A stretch of 60,819 nt of DNA, the filler included, from Sphacelaria rigidula (lineage: Eukaryota), in assembly GCA_964200075.2 (NCBI GenBank). It is 5 parts of 5 records of this genome, joined end to end, with 100 filler letters (N's around TTAATTAATTAA, not from the genome) between each part and the next. Parts side by side here need not be neighbours in the genome. Positions count along the whole stretch, not along the records: positions 48,738 to 60,819 come from CAXNAA020004144.1; 4 more parts are not named here. One strand, given 5' to 3'. Both the position numbers and the translations under genes were made by a program. Shown here in pieces: positions 50,638 to 60,819 of the stretch (position 1 is the stretch's first letter; each line of letters starts with the position of its first letter). The notes below the pieces were generated by a model. The model saw only the letters and a program-made list of their open reading frames with translations, made no database searches and was not told the origin of the DNA.

Positions 50638-51739
50638 CGAGGAAAAATCCCGAACAACCCCGCGCGCTGTACAATTTCCGAATATGCTGCAGCAAGAATG
50701 GGATTTTAGAAGCATGCAGCCCAGAGAATTTCGATCATGGCGCAATATATCAGACCCCGTCATTATGGTCACTCACACGAGGTGCTCTTACTTACTTTGG
50801 CCAAGTTGCCTTCGAGAAGGCAGCCTCAATACATCTTTGCCCTGTAAGTTCTCACGAACAGAGGCTCGAGCCGTATATGCCAGGTTGCAATGCAACTGTC
50901 AGCAACAATCAATACAGATCCAACCACAGTAGCAGTTCAAATCCAGATATTCACAGATATAGATGATCTCCTTGTGGCCTCTAAAAACCTCGCCATCATA
51001 TTGTGTGTATCTTAGACCTCACACGAGGTGTTTACCCGCACAAGGTGCTCTATCGAGAGAACCCTTTCAGTCGTGCACATTGTCGAAGGTCAATTTGAGG
51101 CCATCTGGACCTTCCGAAGGTGGCAACAGGGTCGTCCACAGGGTCTCCACTTCCCGAAGGTGTTCACAAGGTGAAGCAAAGTGTCCACCCGTGATTGCGT
51201 CGTGGAGGTTCGAATCACGGTGCAGTCACACGATCTGGGAGTTTTTTTTTACACCATGTGTCATGTTTCAGACAACCGCGTGCTTAGCGGATCGCATCGT
51301 ACAGTAGTTCGCGACACCTCAGGATTTACGTTTTTCGTGACCAATCGGGCCAGTCCCTGCAGGGACCACGCCCCTGACCCTAACCCCAACACTACCCCTA
51401 ACCCTCCCCCTAACCCCAACCCTGACCATAGGGATGTTCAAAATTTCGATGCGGTCCTCTCACGCATTGCACCGTGTCCAACAGCGGAAAACGACTATGT
51501 CGTGAGTACACAAAACTTTGACTTCACGGTTTACGAGGGAAATTGACTGCCGAGCCCCTCTCGCCATGAAAAACAAGGCAAGCACCGCAAAAAGGAAGGT
51601 GGAGTACAAAAACAAAAAAATAGTAAGCAGCTCCTGTGTTGGCCTTCCGACTCTCGTTCAGGGTGCGTTGTTCTGATGCTTCCAGATGCTTCTGATATCC
51701 GCTGGGGTAGCTTTTGAAAACACGTGCCTGTCGCCGAGA

Positions 51740-54110
51740 ACATGTCACACGAACGGTTGGCTTTCCTGAGTGGTAGCTTCAATAGTTCACAGTTGCGGTC
51801 GGCGACAGTGGACATACAATATTTCGCGATAGTCAAAACAACTCAAATGCTAGCGTGCTTGCTGTGGGGTGGTGTTAGCATTTTCACCGATCATCGCAGT
51901 CTGAAACACATTTTCGACCCAAGAGATATTTTTCATCGATGACGAAGGCCATGCCGCAACAGCTTGGAAATTGGAAGAAAGTGGTCGACCAATATCGGTA
52001 TGCCATTGAACCCATTCCTGGAGAGCGCAATTGTCGGGAAGATTTGTGGTCTCGCTGGATAAAGGTTCCTACCGTGCCTCTTCCTTCTGCTGCCGTGTGC
52101 AGTCCGTGTGAGGTCGCTGATTCACTGCTCTCGTTAGACGTCATTCTTACCGCGCAGCGGAAGACAGTCAGCGACGTTTTTTTTCTGTTTCTACGACTTT
52201 CGGTCAACAGGCGTTGGCTGACGATGGTTTGTTTCGTGTGCGTGTTGGCAGTAGGGAGGTTTTGTGGATTCCTTCAGATGAAAAGGCTCTACAAACTCGC
52301 TTTTGATGGTGTGCGCTCACATGCAGTCGGCTGGTCACCGTGGAGTGGCGCTGACTCTGATTCGTTTGAAACAGTACTCTGTGTGGCCCCACATGGATTC
52401 CCACGTTCGCGAGTTCGTCCGTCAGTGTTTGCATTGTTCGTGCTAGTGAGATTGTACCTCATCCGTATGACGATACTGTACATCGTACTGCGCCTGTTCA
52501 CTTTGATTTTTTGTACGTCGGAAGTAGCGAACCTGTAGGTGCTAATGGCTTACCTGACGGGGATTGTTATAGACCCGTTTTCGTTATCATGAATGATTCG
52601 TCCGATTTCGTTTGCTTCGAGCCAACCGAGGCTTGCACCGCCGAGGTTACAGCTAAGCATTTGCTGCATTGGTGCAAGACTTTGAGGGTGCCGCGTGTGT
52701 GGGTTAGTGATACCGTCACGTACTTCAAGAACCGAGTGATTGTGCAGCTGAGCGACGCGTCGTCGAGTGGTGCAATGCGGTCGAATGGTGCAATGCGGTC
52801 GAATGGTGCTTGTGAACTCATGATGAAAGAGGTTGTTCGTGCGGTGCGGTCCATTTTTCCAGAACAATGACGGCCGGTGTCTGAATGGGTTGATATCTTG
52901 CCAGTCGCTGAGGGGGCCTTGAATACTTCTGTTCGTGAACGCCACCGTAACACTTCGTATTGTGTGATGTTTGGGCGTACGCCGGGTACCGTCTTTTCAG
53001 CGCTGGCTTCTGTCTCTGGCGGCGAGTGGGACGTCGATGTCATGGATGCAGATACGTTGCGTGACAAGGTTCTAGGCGTGGTTTGTGATACATGGGCGTG
53101 GTCCCTGCAGACTGGCCCGATTGGTTTTGAAAATCGTCGATCCAGAGGTGTTTCAAACTTTGATGCGATCCCCTAAGAACGCGGTCCTCTCACGCATTAC
53201 AGGTTGACGAGAAAGTCGATTTTGTCACTAAGTGTAAGCTGCTGTCATGGTGTCTCGCGAAACCAAACACCAGCTTGCTCAGGGTCAGGCTGTGTTGCCT
53301 AAGTTTGCCGTCGGAGATTTCTTTTTTTCTTCCCGTGTTCGTGGGCAAGGCGTGACGCCCATGTTGATGTCCACATGGGCAGGTCCATGGCGAGTGGTCG
53401 GAGCCAATCACGCCCACGTGTATTGGGTACAGAGCAGTGTTTCTGGCGCCGTTCCCTCCGCCCATGTCGCTCGTTTGCGTTTCTATGCTGACTCGCGGTT
53501 GCACATCACTGCGGAACTGAAAAATGTATTTCAGCATTCATATGCTCAAGGTGGAAGTCGGATGAATGTTTCGTGCACGTCGCTGAGGATGACAATGGTG
53601 ATGTCATTGTTTTGGTCGATCGGGATGGGTTCGGTGCTTGAGAACGTACGTGGGAGTCTCTTCGCAAGATTCATTCTTCTACGCCTGAATTTGTTTTGGA
53701 GGAACTGCGTACACTGCGGTTGACTCTGGCACCGACGACTAAATTCGCGTCGGAGTATGGCGTTTCTTTGTGAGCTGGCGCATGCGATTTCGCCTTGGTT
53801 TTTGTTGGTTGTCAAGCTCGTTCGTTTGTTTTGAAGTCGCTTCGAGGGTGTTGTAGTCAAATGATGCCAAGCCGTAAGTATTCAGTATAACCGCATGCGT
53901 GATTGGAGCAGTGGAGGGAGGACAAGTGATTCTGGATTGATGGCCTCTGCTGTGTGGCCCCTTGTTGTCTGGCTCGTAATCTATTGAGAATCACTCCGTG
54001 ACAATAACAGGCTAGAAGAAAGGACGTGTCAAGCACGAGGCCAGTAATACTGAGGGATTCCCTTGCTGGAAGTCCTTGTGTCCAGATCGTCTGGCAGAGG
54101 GTATAAGACA
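51740..54110 (+). mobile_element. Decayed Ty3/Gypsy 3' half (RNase H, integrase, chromodomain) plus 3' LTR at 53852-54110; same family as 32943-36455
   Basis: LAFLSGSF..IFTDHRSLKHIF; EPTEACTAEVTAKHLLHWCKTL is shared with the contig 3 copy; WAGPWRV..AHVARLRFY; LTR TGTAG..GACA. Confidence 0.88.
53084..53201. mobile_element. 118-bp insertion with TGTGAT..ATTACA ends and a GGTT target-site duplication
   Basis: The empty site is visible in the contig 3 paralog (GGCGTGGTTGACGAG at ~35961). Here the sequence is GGTT-[118 bp]-GGTT. Confidence 0.8.
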
Positions 54111-57100
54111 GACCGACTACCGTCGCGTGAAGAGAAGTGTACGGTAGAAGTTGCACAGTGGTGGATAAACCACTTGCTTCCGCAGCAGACAGAAAGTAAA
54201 GCTACTGATATATAATGATCGGGGCTCTTCAATTTGCCGAACAAACTCAAGCAGCCTCTTTTGCAAAAGGAGGGCTGAAGGAAACGAAGGAGAGCTGGGT
54301 AATCTCGGGATTGCAAGGGCGGCGGTAGATGCCACCGAATCCAAGCTATCAGATGGCGCCCAAACCCGAACGGTAGTGTACCGCTGAGCCCTCTCGGTGT
54401 GCTGCAATGGGACGTGTGGGATAAAATGCCTTGCCGCCAGAGGAAACTCGGCAAAAGCGGTGAAAATGTAAAATGATACATGTACATGATACACCTTGCG
54501 CGTAAAAGCGCTGACAGCGCTTGCACGACCATGCCTCCTGAAGTGAGAATTCTACAGGCGATACCAAGATACGTACCGCGGAAAATGACATCATCCAGAG
54601 TGTACCCAATAATGATCGATGCTCGTCTGTCGGGGCAGGAAATACCCAGCAGGTCATGATGTGGAAGTGAGCGCATCCGCGTGTCTATATTTGCATCCAC
54701 TGACGTTTCACACAGTGTGGGCCGAGGGGACTCCGTTTTGAGGGTGTATCGATGGCATTGCCCAGAACCCGTATTCACTTCGTGCGTCTGGTGCGTCAAG
54801 TATAACGTGCCACGGATCCGGGAATATGCTGCCTGTGTTGTGGTCTACCTGTACCATTTTTCAGGCTGGTTCGTTCAGATATGGCGGAGGAATCCACAAG
54901 CAAAGTAACGCTTGACTTGTACTGAAATTACAGTACTAAGCCGTCGAGAGATACATGCGGTGCGTACTCGCATTTTTCTTCCTGTCATCCCTGTCACAAG
55001 GACAAACCTGTCAACCCCGTCACAAGGACAAACCCGTCAACCCTGTCACGAGGATATCCCTGCGTTCACAGATGCATCCCCTGGGTTGCATGATCACAGG
55101 GATTTCGGCACCCCGATTTGCTTGTGTTACACATTGACCCACAGTAGTGGGGACGTTTGCCCACGTGTGTGCCTTGTTCAACTCGTCCGAGGCTCAGCGC
55201 ACGGTCTGGTGTTTGCTGCTGACTGATGCCAGGGCAATGTTCAATTGTTTTCAACTGCATTGCTCTCATGTTCTCGTGACATTGGCGGCATGGGCGGTGT
55301 ACTCGTGCTCCCAGATGAACGAGGAACCGATGAAGACAAACACGGGGGGGAAAATACCCCGCCAACAATCATTCTGCTGCTTGAAGTGGTTCATGAACCT
55401 GGGAAGGCTTTCGTGATTCGGGATCGACACCCCGCAAACAAGAGTCAGTGCAAGCGACTTTCGATGGCCAGAAGACGCGCCACAGTTATCAGATGACACC
55501 CGAACCTGAGCGGTAATGTACCGCTGCGCCTCCTTCGTGCACTGCAAAAAAAAGCGCGTGATGTGACGCCTTGCTGCCAGAGAAAACTCGGCAAAGGTGG
55601 TGAAAAAAGTGAAACGTTACATGTACATATGGAATTTATACCTCAGAAGCTGCCCAGAAGTCTTTGCTTTTGCACAATTTTTGAATGAATTGGCGGGCAA
55701 AATGACTACTTCCGAGCAGTCTGCTGGTCAAATCCTCAATGCCAGTGCATGGGAGTCGAAGAGCAGAGAAGTTCGAAATAAACCCTCGTTGCGCTCAATC
55801 AAATCGGGAAAAACGGCGGTTTATCTTGAAGTGGGACAAACAAGGATATATCTCGAACAGCCTCTTGTACAAATCCCATATACTGTTTACTGTATCGACA
55901 ATACATATGAGATTTTTTATTTCTCAAACAGCCTCTGCTGTACAAATCTTATACATGTTGTAAAAAATATGAGATTTCCACATCACGGGTGCGTTCAAAA
56001 ACAACCCAGAGGATTATATTGACAAAAACCTTTGAGGGATACCCCAACCTTGAAAACACATGCGGTTATTTACCTGCCCCCCAAAATGCCTCCAGAGGGA
56101 TACGCGACCCTCCAGAGGCACAACAAGCCTCCGGAGTTCTTCAATTCCTCTGGAGGAAGCCAAATTACCGCCGTAGAGGGCCGTCCACCCCTCCGGAAGA
56201 ATTTGGGGATAGAAAAATGCCTCCGGAGGGATGCGCGGCCCTCCGGAGGCAAAAAGAAGCCTGCGGAGGTGTATAAACCCTCTGGAGAAAACCAAAACAT
56301 ACTCCTCCGAAGGGCCGCGCACCCCTCTTGAGGACCACGTACCCTTCCAGAGGTGTTTCATTCCTCTGAAGGCTCGAAAAATTGAGCGCCCTGGAGGAAT
56401 TTTGGGGGTAGACAAATGGTCGTGTGTGAACCCTCTAGAGTATTGCGAATGACTAAGGTCCTCCCTCCAGTGGGGAGTTTCGAAACGGACGACATATAGG
56501 GAGGCGTTTGGAATATCCTCTAGACGACTGCCCAGCCTAGCCGCAGGCCGCGTGTGCTACGCGACAATGCACTGTAGTACAGTTCAGTATACAGTACACA
56601 CGCGGCCAATCGGTTCCTCCAAAATCCCACTATCGCGTTTTTTCAGAAGGCTCTGACGTAATTTTTGTGACACAAGGGGATCCGGACGGCCACCTGGCGG
56701 CGGGCATCTAAAAATACAACCCCAGGCACCCTCATAGAACACTACCGCAGCTGTTCGGAGCGACCGCAGAATTACTACAATAGTGAGCGTACCACCCGAT
56801 GGACTACTGGTTACTTTCGAAAGGCCCTCGGTAGGCCCTGGGGGAGCTCTGGTGGTGGCACAGCAAAACGTTCCTTGGCGTGGCGTGCTTTCGTCCAGGT
56901 TGCCATGTAGAAGATGATAACCTCCTCCTCTACAAGTCGGGACCATTCGGACACATCTTGTACATAACAAACAATATATCGACAGGAAAAATCAAGCAGC
57001 ATCATTTGTCTCTTAAACCGCATACGTGCACAGGTAGAACCCTATAGGACGTGCTGCACAGGAATCTTCTCAGTCTTTTGTGATGAATCCTGCACTGCAT

Positions 57101-58408
57101 TTGCGAACCCTAGTACCTCTACCAGCATTTTGCATAGCTTTTTTGTCGAAACCCTGCAAGCAACCCTGTGGAGATGCCCTCCCAATTTCGAAAATTCCAA
57201 ATTATTTTGGTATAAAACCCGTAAAATTGATAATTTCGAATAGCTTTTAAAGTAGGACAATCAACCACTCAATCTGCTGCTGTTCGAGATGAATTCCTTC
57301 TTGATCGAGTTTGAGATCAAAAGTCGGGCAAAAAGGAATTTATCTCGAACAGCAGGAGAAGCTATTCAAAACAGATCCTTTTTTTGACCAATTAAAGTGG
57401 GCAAAAAAATGATCTATTTCAAACCGCTTCTTCTGCTGTACAAATCCCATGCACACTGGCATATTTGGAATTTGAACAGCAGAAGAAGCTCGATATAAAT
57501 CCTCACTTCGCCCGCCAATTTATCCGGAAATTGGGCAAGAAGAGAATTATTGCGAACAGCATCAGCTGTGCACATCCCGCATACTGCACCGTTATCAGCG
57601 GATGGGATCTGAGACGCAGAAAGAATTGCTGAATATATTTTATCCCCTTGCCCCCCAGTTCGTGTATCAAGTGGGCTAAAGAATGAATTCTCAACAGCTT
57701 TTGCTGAAAAAACGTTCCACAAACTGCTTACAAGTGTATGAACAACGTGCAGCTTTGTACTGACGATGCCTGCGCCCATACATCAACTATGCGGTAAGTA
57801 CATGCTATTTCAAACCCGTTTATAGTCGATCCCTCGCCATGCGATGCCGCGCCATCATGAGAGAAGATGCTCAAGTTTCCATGCACCAACAAGAAATAAT
57901 TCATACCCAACCACGGCAGTGTTTATGTATATCCCTGTGCCCAACTCGTGCTGTTTGCTACGGACAGTATATAGGTTTGTGCGGTATAGCTGGGAACAAA
58001 AGTGTCAGTGTTACGGGTTCTTTGCGTGGATATACAAGTACTTTGAAGTGCAAAGTTGCTGGGGTCCCAAAGATCAAACTCCAGAGGTAAATTACACCCG
58101 GGAGAGCACTCTTCTCCCAAAGTTGCCAACAGGCAACCATTTTGAGATTACAAAAGAAGGGTGCTCATGTTTTCGTTTCTGCGGTTATATTGCTCGATAT
58201 ATCCATTAGAAACCCCAAAATATTGCCCATGTTGACATTAAGATGAAGGTGGTTCAAAACTCAGTGCGTACTTTTCCCGTCCACTAATTATCGAGGTCGG
58301 ATCCATCCCCTGTCAATGTTGAGCATATTGATGTGCGTTAAAATACTTTACATCATATTGACAGCAATGAACACTACACGGAGTGACGAAACCCTGTGTA
58401 GCGTCCTC

Positions 58409-58482
<74 letters not shown>

Positions 58483-60760
58483 GNNNNNNNNNNGTCTTCA
58501 CATTACAAACCGTTCCGATATCCGCGCGGTAGATTCGTACCGGGCATCTGGTGTGGACACCTTCCGTGATCATAGGCTGCTAGCAAAAAACCAAACAAAC
58601 AACATAGACCCAGATTGAAACTCACAAAACGCGATACAAGCAAGACAGGGATAAATAATGAAGAAATATAGTACATATGGCTAACCTTAGAAGATCCGTT
58701 GCGCAGGTGCCCATTCGGACTTCAGGGGGTGACACCCGGGTTTCCAACTCGACGCGCGACGCCAAGTAGAAATGAACACAGGGTCGACGAAGCACATGTA
58801 AAGAGGTATTTTCCGCCGCCGTTGCAGCTCCTGTAGTCGGCGCACTACAAACAGGTTGTCGACAGTGGATCGGTCAGGTCGGAAGACGCACTGTTCCTCC
58901 GGTAATATCCCGTGCGTTTTGCGGTACTCGCTGAGGCGGTTGGCCACTTTATTCACGAGCACTTTCCCTGCGTGCGATACTAGAGAGATTCCCCTGTAGT
59001 TATTGCAGTTGGACCGGTCCGATTTCTTATACAGCACCTTGATCGTTGCATCTTTCCGCTCCTGCGGGACATTATCTCCGTTCCACACCTCGATGAGAAT
59101 GGTATGGAGGCGTCCGAGGACGATCGGCTTGACGCGGCCGTCGATCTCGAGTACCTCCACAGGAAGCGAGTCGTGTCCTGGCGCTTTCCAGTTGTGCATC
59201 CCCCGGACTGTTCGTCTGGTTTCCTCTAGTGTTGGTGCTTCCCCGAGCGGTACTGAATCCCCGGTGGTTGACGCTGCCGGTCGCTGCTTCACCTCCTCGA
59301 TGATGGCTGGGTTCAGCGTGGGCGATTTGGCGTTGAGCAGGGTGCGGAATAATCTCGCCGGCCGTTCAAGGATGACAATTGTTTTCCTCAGTAGGACGCC
59401 GTTCTCGTCCTTTATGAACTGCTGCCCCCCGGATTACCTTCCACCAAGACCCACCGATCTCTTGAGGTGTTTGTACAGGTCTCTCATGTCGCAATCCTTT
59501 TACATCGCTCCTAGCCTTGCCACATACCTCTCCAGATGCTCATGGATGCCACCATCGATTGCTGTACGCACGTTCTTACACGCGCCTCTGAGTGCTTTCC
59601 ACGATGCTGGGGTCCGGTGCTGCTTCATCAGTTGGCGTTCTTCCTGTCGTTCGGCGAGCGCTGCTTCCACTGTTGCTCTCGTGCCGGGGTTTTCACACCA
59701 TTCCGGCATACGTGGTATCCTAGCCTTTTCTGGGAGTACTGTCTGCGCTGCTTCGAGGAAAGCTTCGGTAAACACTTTCGCGGCCGCCGGTGCGGTGATC
59801 ATTGGCTGGTATTTTTGCTCTGCGAAGTCATGTAGGAACCTCCCGGTCACGTGCCACCTTGCCATTTCGGTCTGCAGCTGCTGTCGGCTGAATTGCTGCT
59901 ATTTCGACTTGGTGGGTACTCGGCGATTGTGGGCAAGGCAGCCACCTAGGTCGACAGTGGCCATCACCATGTTGTGGTCCGAGTCCGCTTTAGCCGGGGG
60001 TGCGGGTTGGGGGTGTACGACTACGTTGCGCGCTCTACCTCGGTGTTCCTGCCGGGTAAGGATGTAGCCTATGCGCTTAAAGTCGCTCGTGCGATTCCTC
60101 ACAACACCGTTGTATGTGTGCGAGATTCCGCCTTTACGCGTGCTAAAGAAGGTATTCGTGATGACTAGCTTGTTGTCGGTTGTGAAAGTTAGTAGAAGTT
60201 TGCCGTTATCGTTCATTTCATCACGACCATAGGCGCCTTGGGCCCCTTCGTCCGCTAAGCCCTCTCTTGCTTCGTCCCCCGTCCGCGCGTTGGCATCCAT
60301 AAAAAACATACACACATTCCTTCGACGGAATTCGCTGTACGAGATCGTCTAGCCCATCCCAGAACGCTTGTTTTGTTTTGTTCTTAGCGACTTCACTTGG
60401 TGCATACGCAGCTACGAAATTGATCGCTCCGCTTCGCCCAGATATTTCAAATCGCATTGCCATGAGGTGCTGATCAAGGTACTCAGTGGTAGAGGTAGCG
60501 TTATTGCAAATCGACTCTTTCACGGCTATTGCCACACCGTGTTGCCCACCTGACTCGCTCCCACAGCAGATGATTCTGAACCCTGCTGCTCTACAGTCTG
60601 TTCGCCCCGCCCTTCGTGTCTCCTGCAGTCCCACCACCGAGATGTTGAGTCTCGCACCCTTGTGCAAGACGCTGTAGTCTCGCCCCCATCCGTTGGCCCC
60701 TTTCACAGCTAGAGTTCTGATATTGAAAGTGGCTACCTTAACAAGTTGACTCCTGTGACG
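58409..60760 (-). mobile_element. Degenerate RTE-type LINE (APE endonuclease and N-terminal RT, RT core deleted) with a (CAA)n tail
   Basis: VATFNIRTL, VVGLQETR, AYAP, DANAR and SDH mark the APE domain. [36 protein letters not shown] and MCFVD mark RT. Frameshifted. The 3' end runs into (CAA)n at 58409-58483. Confidence 0.9.
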
Positions 60761-60819
60761 AAATATCGCCTACATGATGTGCTATGTAGTGATCAGCAGG
60801 ATGATGACCGTTGACTGTG

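Noticed and set aside
51372-51428. Telomere or chromosome end
   Set aside because: The CCCTAA-like repeats are short, degenerate and internal to a dispersed repeat.
58313-58618. Poly-Gln / poly-Leu ORFs
   Set aside because: These are translations of the (CAA)n LINE tail.
59003-60067. 354-aa + strand ORF
   Set aside because: It is the antisense shadow of the RTE ORF and has no recognisable motifs.
1-60819. A gene cluster or system spanning the whole window
   Set aside because: The segments are separate, size-sorted contigs joined by synthetic linkers, so cross-contig proximity carries no biological meaning.

Overview
The window is not one locus. It is five ~12.1-kb contigs in decreasing length order (1-12088, 12189-24272, 24373-36455, 36556-48637, 48738-60819), joined by artificial N-TTAATTAATTAA-N linkers. 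The sequence is eukaryotic, intron-rich and repeat-rich, and gene content suggests a brown alga (Ectocarpus-like; inferred). Contig 1 has a complete two-exon COX17 with a 4.9-kb intron, head-to-head with the first three exons of a probably plastid-targeted RbgA/YlqF GTPase. Contig 2 has two convergent multi-exon genes of unknown function. Contig 3 has ROC-COR exons of a ROCO GTPase, nested MITEs and an RT-deleted Ty3/Gypsy element. Contig 4 has a two-LTR Gypsy element (LTRs ~98% identical) with no recognisable RT. Its leader carries a full-length, CCA-ended tRNA-His(GTG)-like sequence between 72-bp TG..CA direct repeats, the most unusual structure here. Contig 5 has a decayed Gypsy 3' half with LTR, an RTE-type LINE with a (CAA)n tail, and several repeat arrays.
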